DNA of 64,000 nucleotides, taken from positions 1,408,001 to 1,472,000 of the forward strand of contig CP182352.1 in assembly GCA_048571215.1 (NCBI GenBank). The letters are read 5' to 3'. The DNA is from Halarcobacter sp. GTDB lineage: Bacteria; Campylobacterota; Campylobacteria; Campylobacterales; Arcobacteraceae. Below, piece by piece: positions 10,113-21,157 of this stretch (position 1 is its first letter; each line of letters begins with the position of its first letter). The translations under genes were made by a program, and so were the position numbers. Below the pieces are notes generated by a model. That model was not told the origin of the DNA, ran no database searches, and saw only the letters and a program-made list of their open reading frames with translations.

Positions 10113-11397
10113 ATAAAGGCCCATGTTTTGCCTCAAATGCTGCAATAACATCCTCTAAATCATGAATCTTAGCTCTATACTCATCTATATAACCTTGCAA
10201 TGTTATGATAGCTTCTTGAGATTTGGCTAACTTATCAGTAATTACCTCATTTTTCTTTTTATATTTATGGTATTGTTCTATAGATACAGTTGTAGCTTCG
10301 TTTAATTTTTCTATTCTTTTTTGATATGATTTTTGTAACTCCTCATTTTTATCTAAAGACTCTTTTAGTTTTTTCTCCAAAGATAAAACTCTACCTTTTT
10401 CATCACTATTTTTAGATCTTAAAAGTTTTATTTGTTCATTTAATTCATGCATAAATTTAGCTATTTGCTCATCTTTTTGCATTTTAGCATAGTGTAAAGC
10501 TTCATCAAACTGCTCTTGCAAATCTTTTTCATGCTTAATTTGTGCACTTTTTTGATGCATTATATATTTTTTTAATTTATGTTTTTCTTCTTCTATCTCT
10601 GTTATTAAATATCTATAACCAACATATTTTCTAATCTCACCATGTTCATCGAGTATAGGGAAAATAGTTGATTGGACATAATAAGCACTTCCATCTTTTG
10701 CTTTATTTTTTATTTTCCCTCGCCAAATCTTTTTATTAGTAATAGTTTGCCACAAATTTTCATAAACTTTTGCAGATACATCCGGATGTCTTACTATATT
10801 ATGATTTTTTCCTATGAGCTCTTCTTTTGAATATCCAGAAACTTCACAAAAAATATCGTTTGCATAGGTTATGATACCATTTAAATCTGTTTCACTTATT
10901 AGATTCTCTTGGTCTAAAATCTCTTTATATATTTTTAATTCACTTTGTTGTTTTGATATTATTTTTTGATTATAATTATCTTGTAAAATTCTATGTAATA
11001 CTTTCAAAGTGGTATTAATCTGCATAGGTTTTACTATATAATCAGAAACTTTTAGTTTTATTGCTTTTATTATTTGGTCTATATCGTTAAAAGCGGTAAC
11101 AACAAGTAGTGGTATTTGAGAATCCATAGCTCTAACCTCTGTCATAAAGCCAATTCCATTTAGGTTTGGCATATTTATGTCAGTTAAAATTATATCTATT
11201 TCATCTTTTTTCTCTTTATAAAGTTTTAAACCCTCATAACCATCAGGTGCAGTAATTACCTTTTCAAAAAACTTTTCAAAAATAGAAGTTGTTTCATTTC
11301 TAATAATCTCATCATCTTCTAAGTAAAGAATAGTAGAATTATTTAAAATACAATTAGAGAAATCAATTTCTTCAGTTTTTTGATTCGTTGTATCCAT
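10102..11397 (-). CDS. response regulator: receiver + PAS + long coiled coil
   Basis: LYLEDD...ILTDINMP receiver; PAS (GKNHNIVRHPD); K/E/Q-rich C-terminus. Confidence 0.85.
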   Translation of the reverse strand: MDTTNQKTEEIDFSNCILNNSTILYLEDDEIIRNETTSIFEKFFEKVITAPDGYEGLKLYKEKKDEIDIILTDINMPNLNGIGFMTEVRAMDSQIPLLVVTAFNDIDQIIKAIKLKVSDYIVKPMQINTTLKVLHRILQDNYNQKIISKQQSELKIYKEILDQENLISETDLNGIITYANDIFCEVSGYSKEELIGKNHNIVRHPDVSAKVYENLWQTITNKKIWRGKIKNKAKDGSAYYVQSTIFPILDEHGEIRKYVGYRYLITEIEEEKHKLKKYIMHQKSAQIKHEKDLQEQFDEALHYAKMQKDEQIAKFMHELNEQIKLLRSKNSDEKGRVLSLEKKLKESLDKNEELQKSYQKRIEKLNEATTVSIEQYHKYKKKNEVITDKLAKSQEAIITLQGYIDEYRAKIHDLEDVIAAFEAKHGPLSKN

Positions 11398-11635
11398 ATT
11401 CCACAGCTAATTCATCTATTTTCTTTTGTAATAAATCTATTCTCCAACCATGTCTATTTGCAAAATTTTCTATTTCTATTTCTCTTTGTTCAGGAGTACA
11501 AAAAATATATATCCTTTTTAAAAATGGTCTTGGTACTTGTATTGCAATTAGTTGAAAATAGTTCTCCTTACAATTTCTAGAGCAAAATGCTTTACTCATT
11601 GCTATTTTCTTCCCACAATATGGACAGTGTGACAT
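11372..11635 (-). CDS. small Zn-ribbon protein (DUF2116-like)
   Basis: HCPYCGK...FCSRNC. Confidence 0.75.
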   Translation of the reverse strand: MSHCPYCGKKIAMSKAFCSRNCKENYFQLIAIQVPRPFLKRIYIFCTPEQREIEIENFANRHGWRIDLLQKKIDELAVEYGYNESKN

Positions 11636-11830
11636 TTATCTTCCTTTCTTAATTATAAGTTTATAAAACTTTGCATTGGTAATATCTTGTAAAAATTTCG
11701 GATCTACTTCGTGCAGTGCTACAATTTCAATCTCTTTGTCACCCATTTTCCAGGCTTTTCCTGTATCAAGTACTTCTTGATTCTCAAACATCTCAATTAG
11801 CTCTTCTTTGGATACTATTTTTTCTTCCAT
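11636..11830 (-). CDS. hypothetical protein
   Basis: 64-aa ORF abutting the downstream gene in a co-oriented operon. Confidence 0.65.
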   Translation of the reverse strand: MEEKIVSKEELIEMFENQEVLDTGKAWKMGDKEIEIVALHEVDPKFLQDITNAKFYKLIIKKGR

Positions 11831-11851
11831 GCATGTTTCTTATGTTGAATT

Positions 11852-12553
11852 TTACTTTTTTGATTCGTCTAAAGTATACCCTCTATTCGAATGATTTCTA
11901 ATAATTTCATAATAAGTTTTTTGTCTAATTTTATTTACAATATTTCTCATTGTATAAATAGACATATTCTTACCTTTCCAAACTACATCTTTAATTGTAT
12001 CATAATCTACAACCTCTCCTCTTTTAGAAATAAGAAGTTTCATAAACCCTTTTTCTAATCTTGTAAAGTCTATTAAAACTCCACCAGCTTTAAAGAACTG
12101 ATCTCTATACTCATCAAAATAAATCCCTTTTTGGAATTCAACTTTATCACCTCTTTTTGTTTGATTTAAACACATAATAACAGATAACTTAATATCCTTT
12201 GCTCTAAGTGGCTTACTTAAAAATGTATATGCATTATTGTTAATAGCTACAACTATATCATCATTACTATCTCTATTTGAGATAATAATTTTTGGTAAAT
12301 TTGGAGATGTGTTTGTAACAACTGAACAAACTTCTTCAAACTCTTTTGAACCAATTTGTGTATCTATAACAACTAAATCATAGTTATGTTCTGATATTGA
12401 TGAAATAGCTTCCTCTAAAGAAGGTACTAAAGTAAGTTCTTTAAAATATTCATCAAATTCATTTTCAATACTATTTTTAACCTCTTCATCACTACTAATA
12501 AACAACAACTTTGCATTGTATAGTTTTCTTATGTTCTTTAATGTCTTTAACAT
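11852..12553 (-). CDS. OmpR-type response regulator (receiver + winged helix)
   Basis: YDLVVID, FLSKP, C-terminal VNKIRQK...RGY. Confidence 0.85.
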   Translation of the reverse strand: MLKTLKNIRKLYNAKLLFISSDEEVKNSIENEFDEYFKELTLVPSLEEAISSISEHNYDLVVIDTQIGSKEFEEVCSVVTNTSPNLPKIIISNRDSNDDIVVAINNNAYTFLSKPLRAKDIKLSVIMCLNQTKRGDKVEFQKGIYFDEYRDQFFKAGGVLIDFTRLEKGFMKLLISKRGEVVDYDTIKDVVWKGKNMSIYTMRNIVNKIRQKTYYEIIRNHSNRGYTLDESKK

Positions 12554-12659
12554 GGTTTTCTCTTTTTATAGTTAAATTTTTTATTATTTTATCAAAATAA
12601 AATATAAATGTCAAAATAAAATTATTAAATAATAAGTGAAAATCATATATTTAGTTAAT

Positions 12660-15365
12660 TTATTTTAACTCTTGCCAACTATTGCCGATAGTTTGAGATA
12701 CTTTTAATGGTACATTTAATTTATAAATATTTTCCATTATATCAACTAATTTTTTAGTTATTTTATCAAGATGTTCTTCTTTTACTTCAAAAATCAGTTC
12801 ATCATGTATCTGTAAAAGCATTTTTACATCATTAGTATTACTTATATTTTTTAAAATCTCTACCATTGAAAGTTTAATTAAATCAGAAGCACTTCCTTGA
12901 AAAAGGGTATTTACTGATTCTCTTAAAAATGCGGCTCTCATCATAGCATTTGCAGAATCAAAATCAAAAAGTCTTCTTCTTTTTAATAAGGTTTCCACAT
13001 ATCCATTTTCTAAAGCACTATCTTCTATAGATTTTAAATAATCTTTAACACTTTTAAAACTCTCAAAATATGATTCAATATATTTTTTGGCTTCTTTTGA
13101 TGGAATACCTAAAGTATCTCCAAGTTTCTTACTTCCCATACCATAAAGTAAACCAAAATTTATTGATTTTGCAACTGCTCTTTTACTAGATGCCTCTTCT
13201 TCTCCAAATATCTTAACTGCTGTTTGATAATGTATATCCAGATCATTATTAAAAGCATTTACTAAAGCTTCATCTTGTGAGAAATGAGCTAACAATCTTA
13301 ATTCTATTTGTGAGTAATCAATTCCTACAAACTTATAACCATCTTTTGGTATAAATGCTTCTCTAATTTGTATCCCATTTACACCTTTTACAGGAATATT
13401 TTGCAAGTTTGGATTCTTTGAGCTCAATCTTCCTGTAGCAGTACCTGTTTGTAAAAATGAGGTATATACCCTATTTTCTTCATTTTTTAATCCCAAATCT
13501 AAAAGTGGTTCTATATAAGTTGATTGAAGCTTAAAAGCCTCTCTATATTGTAAAATCGAAGGGATTATTTCATGTTCATCAAAAAGTTTTTGCAATACAA
13601 ATTCATTTGTACTATAACCACTTTTAGTTTTTTTAGATGGTGGTAACTTTAAGGTATCAAATAAAATCACACCTAATTGTTTAGGAGAATTTATATTAAA
13701 CTCAGTTCCTGCAAGCTCATAGATTTTTGAAGTTAATTGTTGAATATGTTCACTATTTGTTTGTTTTAACTCTTTTAATTTCTCTATATCAACTTTAATC
13801 CCATTGTTTTCCATCTCAGCTAATACATAAATAAAATCAAACTCAACATCATGGGCTATTTTTAAAAGATGTTCACATTCTTGTTTTTTAAACTCTTCTA
13901 ATAATTTATTATAAATTTTCAAAGTAAAAAGAGCATCCTCAGCTGCATAATTACAAGCTTCATTTATATCAACATGAGAAAAATTTTCACCCTTTTTAAC
14001 TGTTTGCTTAAAACTAATCATTTTATGTTCAAAATATTTTTCTGCTAAAAAATCCAAACCAACCTTAGAACTGGTATCTAACATCCAAGCCATAATCATT
14101 GTATCAGCATATAGTTTTAACTGTAAATCTAAACAGTTTTTAACTACAGAATAATCATACTTAAAATTTTGAAGTACCAGTTTTGTTCCATTTAAAATCT
14201 CTATAGCTTTTTTTGCAACTTCTAGGCTAACTTGTTGTGGTACACCAAGGTAGTTATGATCTATTGGAACATAATAAGCTTTATTTTCATCATAACAAAA
14301 AGAAAAACCAACTAATTTCGCATGTTTAGTATCTAAATCTGTAGTTTCAGTATCAAAAGCCACTATAGCATCACTTGAAATTGAACTTACTAACTCTATA
14401 AGTTTTTTTTCATCGTTTAAAAGTATATATTCAAATACTTCTACTTTTTTTTCAACTTTTACACTAGCCACATAATCTTCAGGTACCTTGGTTTTATAGT
14501 TTAAACCCTCTTTATGAACCCTATCAATTATTCTATTTAAATCATAATCTCTTAAAAGCTGTTCTATTTTTAATATAGGATTTTCTTGTGGAAGGGTGTA
14601 GTGTTCGATTGTATCAATACAGTGACAATCTTTTTCTAAGGTTACTAACTGTTTAGAAATATATGCCATCTCTTTTCCTTCAGTTAATAGATTTTTCCAT
14701 CTTGTTTTTTCTATATTTTCTAAGTTTGCATAGATATTATCCAAGGTTCCATACTCTTTTATTAAAGCCTCTGCTGTTTTAGCACCAACTCCTTTAACCC
14801 CTGGTACATTATCCGCACTATCACCTATAAGAGCTTGATAATCTGTAAATTGTTTTGGGGTAATACCATATTTATTTATACATTTTTCTTCATTTACCAC
14901 ATCTTTTTTTATTGGGTCAAAAAGATATACCTTATTGTCATCAATTAATTGATAAAGATCTTTATCATGAGATACTATTCTAACTTCTAAATCTTTTTGA
15001 ACAGCATCATGGGTAATTGAAGCTATAAGATCATCAGCTTCAAATCCAGTTTTCATTGCAGTTTGGAAACCCATTTTTTCAATCCACTCTATGGCAATAG
15101 GTAATTGTTTTAATAAATCTTCTGGTACGTCTGGTCTATGGGCTTTATATTGATCATAAATCTCATTTCTAAAGGTATCACCCTTTGCATCTAAGGCAAA
15201 TACTAAGTAATCTGTTTGAAAATCTTTTCCTATATTTGAAACAAAATTCATAAATCCTGTTAAAAGTCCAGTGGGAAATCCCTCTTTTGATTTTAATGGA
15301 GGCAAAGCATAAAAACTTCTAAATAAAAACCCAAAGGTATCGATAATTGTTATAGTTTTTTTCAT
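12660..15365 (-). CDS. polA: DNA polymerase I
   Basis: 5'-3' exonuclease (FEADD, GDSADNVPGVKGVG), DTETT exonuclease, TGRLSS.NPNLQNIP, DYSQIELR, QIHDEL. Confidence 0.98.
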   Translation of the reverse strand: MKKTITIIDTFGFLFRSFYALPPLKSKEGFPTGLLTGFMNFVSNIGKDFQTDYLVFALDAKGDTFRNEIYDQYKAHRPDVPEDLLKQLPIAIEWIEKMGFQTAMKTGFEADDLIASITHDAVQKDLEVRIVSHDKDLYQLIDDNKVYLFDPIKKDVVNEEKCINKYGITPKQFTDYQALIGDSADNVPGVKGVGAKTAEALIKEYGTLDNIYANLENIEKTRWKNLLTEGKEMAYISKQLVTLEKDCHCIDTIEHYTLPQENPILKIEQLLRDYDLNRIIDRVHKEGLNYKTKVPEDYVASVKVEKKVEVFEYILLNDEKKLIELVSSISSDAIVAFDTETTDLDTKHAKLVGFSFCYDENKAYYVPIDHNYLGVPQQVSLEVAKKAIEILNGTKLVLQNFKYDYSVVKNCLDLQLKLYADTMIMAWMLDTSSKVGLDFLAEKYFEHKMISFKQTVKKGENFSHVDINEACNYAAEDALFTLKIYNKLLEEFKKQECEHLLKIAHDVEFDFIYVLAEMENNGIKVDIEKLKELKQTNSEHIQQLTSKIYELAGTEFNINSPKQLGVILFDTLKLPPSKKTKSGYSTNEFVLQKLFDEHEIIPSILQYREAFKLQSTYIEPLLDLGLKNEENRVYTSFLQTGTATGRLSSKNPNLQNIPVKGVNGIQIREAFIPKDGYKFVGIDYSQIELRLLAHFSQDEALVNAFNNDLDIHYQTAVKIFGEEEASSKRAVAKSINFGLLYGMGSKKLGDTLGIPSKEAKKYIESYFESFKSVKDYLKSIEDSALENGYVETLLKRRRLFDFDSANAMMRAAFLRESVNTLFQGSASDLIKLSMVEILKNISNTNDVKMLLQIHDELIFEVKEEHLDKITKKLVDIMENIYKLNVPLKVSQTIGNSWQELK

Positions 15366-15436
15366 AAATAAGCTCTTTTCTAGTGTTGTTTAAAGATATT
15401 ATATTATAATAATATCACTAAAAATAAGGTTTTATA

Positions 15437-16927
15437 TTGTCAAATGAAGATATTGAAAAAGTAAAAAGAAATAACCAAGAACTACAAGAGATAATTAATA
15501 ACTCATGGGATGGTATTGGGATAATTGACAAAAATACAAAGTTTATTTATATCAATAATGCCTTTATGCCTATGCTTGGTTTTTCAAAAGATGAAATTAT
15601 CAAAAAAGATTTTATATCTTTTATGGAAGAGGCATATATAGATAAATTTAAAAAACTTTTAAAATTTGAAGAAAAAGTAAAAAAATATAAAGCAGAGATA
15701 GATATCGCTTGTATAAGAAAAGATAAGATGAAAATCTATCTTAAAATAACAATCTCAACAATGTTAAATAAAAACCTTTTTGTTATAAATGCAAAAGATA
15801 TTACACATCAAATAGCAGATGATGAAATTTTAGATGATTATGTTATCTCTATGCATATGGATTTACATGGTCATATTACAAAAGTTAGTTCTGCTTTTTT
15901 AAAACTCACAAAATTTAGTAAAAGTGATATTATAGGCAAACACTACACCCATATAGCCCATACAGATACAGATTCTATTGTTTTTAAAAATATTGATAAG
16001 AGTTTAGATAGTTTTCAAGAATGGAATGGAAAACTTAAAAATATAAAAAAAGATGGCAGTTCTTTTTGGGTAAGTATAAAAATAAAAGCTATTTATAACA
16101 AATATGGGGATGTTATTGGTTATACCTCACTTATGTTTGATATAACAAAAGAATTAAATCTAAACGATGAAACTACAATGTTACAAAATCAAGTGCTACA
16201 AGCAAAAGATGAAATAGTACAAAAAGATACAATTTTAATCCAGCACTCAAAATTAGCAATTATGACAGAAACCCTTAAAACTTTGTCCCACGAGTGGAGA
16301 CAGCCTTTAAATCTTATCTCTATTCAAGCCCAAAAATTAGAATTAGATTATAGTATTAACGGAGATCTTAAACAAGAAACAGTTATAAACACTTTAGAAA
16401 ACATCCAAAAAGAAGCAAATGAACTATCCTCAACAATTGAACAATTACAAAACTTTTTATCTCCTAAACTTCTTTTAGAAAAGTTTAATCTAAAAGAGTT
16501 TATAGAGGAGATTGTAAAAATATTTAAAAATGATTTAGAATCTAATATTATAATAAAAACAGATATTCCTAATGAGATAACTATTAATTCTTATAAAAAT
16601 GAGTTTAAAACTCTTTTATTGAATATCTTAATTAATTCAAAAGAGGCAATATTAAAAAATTCGATATCAAAGGGGATTATAACTATTAACTCTTATGTAG
16701 ATAATGATAACCTCTTTATAGAGATAAAAGATAATGGTGGGGGTATAAATTCAGAAGTTTTACCAAAAATTTTTGAACCCTATTTCTCTACAAAAGAGAT
16801 AAAACATGGTGTTGGATTAAGTCTATATACATCAAAATTAATAGTTAATATACATTTACATGGGCAAATTAGTGCATCAAATTTTGAAAATGGAGCACAA
16901 TTTAAAATTTCAATACCAATAGATTAA
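15437..16927 (+). CDS. cytoplasmic PAS-PAS histidine kinase
   Basis: Two PAS domains, LSHEWRQPL, DNGGG, GVGLSLY. Confidence 0.88.
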   Translation: MSNEDIEKVKRNNQELQEIINNSWDGIGIIDKNTKFIYINNAFMPMLGFSKDEIIKKDFISFMEEAYIDKFKKLLKFEEKVKKYKAEIDIACIRKDKMKIYLKITISTMLNKNLFVINAKDITHQIADDEILDDYVISMHMDLHGHITKVSSAFLKLTKFSKSDIIGKHYTHIAHTDTDSIVFKNIDKSLDSFQEWNGKLKNIKKDGSSFWVSIKIKAIYNKYGDVIGYTSLMFDITKELNLNDETTMLQNQVLQAKDEIVQKDTILIQHSKLAIMTETLKTLSHEWRQPLNLISIQAQKLELDYSINGDLKQETVINTLENIQKEANELSSTIEQLQNFLSPKLLLEKFNLKEFIEEIVKIFKNDLESNIIIKTDIPNEITINSYKNEFKTLLLNILINSKEAILKNSISKGIITINSYVDNDNLFIEIKDNGGGINSEVLPKIFEPYFSTKEIKHGVGLSLYTSKLIVNIHLHGQISASNFENGAQFKISIPID

Positions 16928-16946
16928 AAAATAAAAAGGAAAATAT

Positions 16947-17669
16947 ATGATAATTATACCTGCTAGATTAAACTCAAGTAGATTTGAAAATAAAATTTTA
17001 GTTGATATTTTAGGTTTACCTATGGTTATAAGAACAGCCAAACAAGTTAGTACCTTAGATAAGGTTGTAATTGCTACAGATTCACAAGAGGTGATAGAAC
17101 TTGCAAAAGAACATGGCTTTGAAGCTGTTCTAACTTCAAAAGAGCATCAAAGTGGTACAGATAGAATAAATGAAGCTGTTAATATTTTAGGTTTAGATGA
17201 AGATGAGATTATTATAAATGTTCAAGCAGATGAACCATTTATAGAAACAGAAGTTATTCAAGCTGTTATAAATAGAGTTAAAAAAGTAATAAATAACAAT
17301 GAAGATATAATGATAACAAGTTGTTATAAAAAAATCACTTCTGAATTAGCAGATGATCCAAACCATGTAAAAGTTATATTAGATGAAGACTCAAATGCAA
17401 TCTATTTTTCAAGGGCTAAAATCCCATACCATAGAGATCATTACGAATCATCACTTTATTGTGGACATCTAGGTATATATGGGTTTACAAAAAAATCATT
17501 AAATGATTTTTGTGCCCTAAGTATGTCAAAACTAGAAAAGATAGAAAAACTTGAACAACTAAGAGCAATAGACAATGCTTATAAAATAGCAATGGTTCAA
17601 GTTGAGTCAAAATCTTTTGGTATTGATACAGAGGATGATTTGAAAAATGCACTAAAAATTTTCATATAA
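16947..17669 (+). CDS. kdsB: 3-deoxy-manno-octulosonate cytidylyltransferase
   Basis: IIPARLNSSRF..K, SGTDR, NVQADEP, EKLEQLR. Confidence 0.95.
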   Translation: MIIIPARLNSSRFENKILVDILGLPMVIRTAKQVSTLDKVVIATDSQEVIELAKEHGFEAVLTSKEHQSGTDRINEAVNILGLDEDEIIINVQADEPFIETEVIQAVINRVKKVINNNEDIMITSCYKKITSELADDPNHVKVILDEDSNAIYFSRAKIPYHRDHYESSLYCGHLGIYGFTKKSLNDFCALSMSKLEKIEKLEQLRAIDNAYKIAMVQVESKSFGIDTEDDLKNALKIFI

Positions 17670-17724
17670 TTTTAATTTTGATATAATTATATTTAATTTT
17701 GTCTAATAATTTCTAAGGTTAAGA

Positions 17725-19041
17725 ATGAATAAAGAAATACTTAAAAATATTAATGTTTTATATGTCGAAGATGAGCAAGATGTTAGAGAGTTTACTAGTA
17801 AAACAATAAGTACTATTGTAAATAAAGTTGTTGTAGCTGAAAATGGTAAAGAGGGTTTAGAAAAATTTTATGAAAACCCTGATTTAAATCTAATCTTAAC
17901 AGATATTAATATGCCTAAAATGGGTGGTTTAGATATGTGTGCTAAGATTAGAGAAACAGATGAAGAGATACCAATAGTAATTACTAGTGCCCATAGTGAC
18001 CCAGATTTTTTAAAAAAAGCTATTGAGGTAAAAGTTAGTGCTTATGCTATGAAACCTATTGACTTATACCACTTAATTGATAGTATGATAAAAGCTGTAG
18101 AACCAATATTTTTAAAAAAAGAGCTTGAAAAAATCAATGAAACTTTAGAAAATAGAGTTGAAGAAGCGACAAGATTAACAAAATCAATTTTAGATGCACA
18201 AGACAATATAGTATTTTTAGCTGATTTAAATAATATACTAGAGGTAAATAAACGATTTTTGGAATATTTTAATGTTTCTTCACTTGAAGAGTTTTTAAAA
18301 AACAGCAACTCAATTTTAGAAAACTTCTTAATTGAAGATGGCTTTTTTAATAAATCAAAACTAAATGAAAATGAAAATTGGATTAAACATATATTAGAAC
18401 TAAGTGAATTAGATAAAACTGTTAAAATGTTAAATAAAAATAATGAAAAAAGAGTTTTTGCCGTTAATATTGATGATTATGAAAAGAAAGGTGAACATTA
18501 TGTTATCTCTTTTACTGATATTACAGAATTAAAAGAGAAATCAAATCTAATGGAATACCAAGCAACACATGATCCCTTGACAGGCTTATTCAATAGACAA
18601 AAATTTGATGATATTTTTCAAAAAGAATTAAAAAGAGAGAAAAGATATCAAAATTCCCTTTCACTAATTATTTTTGATATAGATGATTTCAAAATATTTA
18701 ATGATACTTATGGGCATAATATTGGCGATGAAGTATTAAAGGTTATTGCAAAAATAGTTACACAAAATGTTAGAGAGCATGATACTGTAGTTAGATGGGG
18801 AGGTGAAGAGTTTATAGTTCTTTTACCTCAAACTGAAACCTTAGGAGCAAAAAATGTTGCAAATAAAATAAGAGTTGCAATTGAGGAGTATCAAGATGAT
18901 AAAATTCCTGCAACTATTAGTGCAAGTTTTGGGATAGCTACACTCACAACAGATGATGATGAAATTTCATTTATCAAAAAAGCTGATAAAGCTCTATATG
19001 AAGCTAAAAAAAGTGGGAAAAACTGTATAAAACTATACTAA
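17725..19041 (+). CDS. response-regulator diguanylate cyclase (REC-PAS-like-GGDEF)
   Basis: Receiver; HDPLTGLFNR, DIDDFK..NDTYGH, intact RWGGEEF. Confidence 0.92.
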   Translation: MNKEILKNINVLYVEDEQDVREFTSKTISTIVNKVVVAENGKEGLEKFYENPDLNLILTDINMPKMGGLDMCAKIRETDEEIPIVITSAHSDPDFLKKAIEVKVSAYAMKPIDLYHLIDSMIKAVEPIFLKKELEKINETLENRVEEATRLTKSILDAQDNIVFLADLNNILEVNKRFLEYFNVSSLEEFLKNSNSILENFLIEDGFFNKSKLNENENWIKHILELSELDKTVKMLNKNNEKRVFAVNIDDYEKKGEHYVISFTDITELKEKSNLMEYQATHDPLTGLFNRQKFDDIFQKELKREKRYQNSLSLIIFDIDDFKIFNDTYGHNIGDEVLKVIAKIVTQNVREHDTVVRWGGEEFIVLLPQTETLGAKNVANKIRVAIEEYQDDKIPATISASFGIATLTTDDDEISFIKKADKALYEAKKSGKNCIKLY

Positions 19042-19760
19042 AAGTTAAAGTTTTCTCCCAAATAGTGTTCTCTTACACTACCATCACTTTTAATATCTTC
19101 ACTATTACCTTGAGCTAATAAAGAACCACTCTTCATTACATATGCTCTATGACAAATCTCTAGGGTCTCTCTTACATTATGATCAGTTATTAAAACCCCT
19201 ATACCCAATTTTGTTAATTCATAAATAATCTCTTGTATATCTTTTACAGCAATCGGATCAACTCCTGCAAATGGTTCATCAAGAAGCAAAAATTTTGGTT
19301 TTGATACCAGTGATCTAGCTATTTCTGTTCTTCTTCTCTCTCCACCTGATAAAGAAACACCTTTTCTTTGTCTTATTGGTTCAATATTAAATATTTCCAA
19401 TAATTCTTCAACTCTTTTATGTTGCTCTTTTTTATCATTTGTAACAATTTGTGCAGCTAACATTAGGTTCTCTTCAACTGACAAATCCTTGAAAATAGAA
19501 GATTCTTGAGGTAGATAACCTATCCCTTTTAAAGCTCTTTTATGTAAAGGCAAAGATGTAATCTCATCCTCATCAAAAAAAACTTTTCCACTTGTTGGTG
19601 AAACTAAACCACAAACAGTATAAAAAGTTGTAGTTTTACCTGCTCCATTTGGACCTAATAAACCAACTATCTCACCTGAGTTAACCTCTAAAGAGATTCC
19701 GTGGAGGATTTGTGTTTTTTTTATACTTTTTTTAATATCTTCTATTCTTAATTTACTCAT
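19038..19760 (-). CDS. lptB: LPS export ABC transporter ATP-binding protein
   Basis: GPNGAGKTT, GYLPQE.SIF, LSGGERRR, DEPFAGVDP, ITDHNVRETL. Confidence 0.95.
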   Translation of the reverse strand: MSKLRIEDIKKSIKKTQILHGISLEVNSGEIVGLLGPNGAGKTTTFYTVCGLVSPTSGKVFFDEDEITSLPLHKRALKGIGYLPQESSIFKDLSVEENLMLAAQIVTNDKKEQHKRVEELLEIFNIEPIRQRKGVSLSGGERRRTEIARSLVSKPKFLLLDEPFAGVDPIAVKDIQEIIYELTKLGIGVLITDHNVRETLEICHRAYVMKSGSLLAQGNSEDIKSDGSVREHYLGENFNF

Positions 19761-20163
19761 TTATTGTATATTGCCTTTTATCATCTAACTTATTTATCTC
19801 TAACACTTTCACTTCATATCCATAGGATTTTAATAACTCTTCAAGTCTTTTATCTCCCCACTCTACAAAATGAATCCCTTTTTTATCAAACTCTTCAAGT
19901 AAACCTAAAGATATAAACTCTTCTAAGGTTTTGTTATATACATCGTAATGATAGATATTATTTGAATATATAGATTGCAAAGAAAAAGTTGGTGAAGTTA
20001 CAACATCATCTAAGCCAAGAGATTTAACATAGTTTTTAACAAAAGTTGTTTTACCACTAGCTAAATCACCCCTTAATATAACAATACAATCATCCGATAA
20101 AACAGATTTTAATTTTTCAACAATAGTATCGATTTTATCTAAACTAAGTGTATATGAATTCAA
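19753..20163 (-). CDS. tsaE: tRNA threonylcarbamoyladenosine biosynthesis ATPase
   Basis: GDLASGKTT, VTSPTF, HYDVY, VEW. Confidence 0.92.
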   Translation of the reverse strand: MNSYTLSLDKIDTIVEKLKSVLSDDCIVILRGDLASGKTTFVKNYVKSLGLDDVVTSPTFSLQSIYSNNIYHYDVYNKTLEEFISLGLLEEFDKKGIHFVEWGDKRLEELLKSYGYEVKVLEINKLDDKRQYTINE

Positions 20164-20170
20164 AGTTAAC

Positions 20171-21154
20171 CTATGAAAGTTTATTTGATATTTCTATTAA
20201 TTCTTTTAGTTTAGCTTTTGTTTTTCCTGAAACTATAGCTTCCCTTGCCATATCAATACCATCTTTAAAATCTCTAGCTTTTTCATCTACAATAAGTGCT
20301 GCTGCTGTATTTATTAAAACTATATCAAGTTTTGCACCTGTAATTTCATTTGATAGTATCTCTTTTGTTATAATTGCATTATCTTTTGCATCAGCACCTA
20401 AAATCTCATCTTTAGAATATAGTTTTAAACCATGATCTCTTGGGTCAACTATAAAATCATTTGTTCTTTGATTTTCTAATGTTGTTATATATGTTATATC
20501 ACTTATAGATATCTCATCCATACCATCTTTTGAACTAACAACCATTGCCCTTTGGGTATCTAATAAAGTTAAAGCTGTTATCATTCTATTGATATAACTT
20601 TCACTAAATACACCTATTAACTGTTTTGATACAGTTGCTGGATTTGATAAAGGACCCAAGATATTAAAAATAGTTCTGTGGGGTATAGATTTTCTAATAG
20701 GCATTATGTATTTCATTGCTGGATGATGATTTTGTGCAAACATAAAACAAAATCCTGCATCTTCAAGCATCTTAGCTGTATTATCAAAGGATAAATTTAG
20801 ATTTATACCCAATGCTTCAAGCATATCTGCACTACCAGATTTACTTGTAATACTTCTATTACCATGTTTTGCCACATAAGAACCACAAGCACTCAATACC
20901 AAAGAAACAGTTGTTGAGATATTAAAAGAGTTTGAATGATCTCCACCTGTACCACAATTGTCAATTATTTTCTCTTTTAAACTATAATGAACAGGTAAAG
21001 GGATGAGATGATCCCTCATAGCACTTGCTGCTGCTGCAATCTCTGCTGCTGTTTCTCCCCTGTTATGTAATTCAATTAGGTATTCTCTAACTTCTTCTTC
21101 AGGCAATTTATTCTCAAAAATATCATCAAATTTTAATTTCGCCATATTAAACAT
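20171..21154 (-). CDS. trpD: anthranilate phosphoribosyltransferase
   Basis: DNCGTGGD, FNIST, KHGNRS.TSKSGSAD, GMDEIS. Confidence 0.95.
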   Translation of the reverse strand: MFNMAKLKFDDIFENKLPEEEVREYLIELHNRGETAAEIAAAASAMRDHLIPLPVHYSLKEKIIDNCGTGGDHSNSFNISTTVSLVLSACGSYVAKHGNRSITSKSGSADMLEALGINLNLSFDNTAKMLEDAGFCFMFAQNHHPAMKYIMPIRKSIPHRTIFNILGPLSNPATVSKQLIGVFSESYINRMITALTLLDTQRAMVVSSKDGMDEISISDITYITTLENQRTNDFIVDPRDHGLKLYSKDEILGADAKDNAIITKEILSNEITGAKLDIVLINTAAALIVDEKARDFKDGIDMAREAIVSGKTKAKLKELIEISNKLS

Positions 21155-21157
21155 CTA

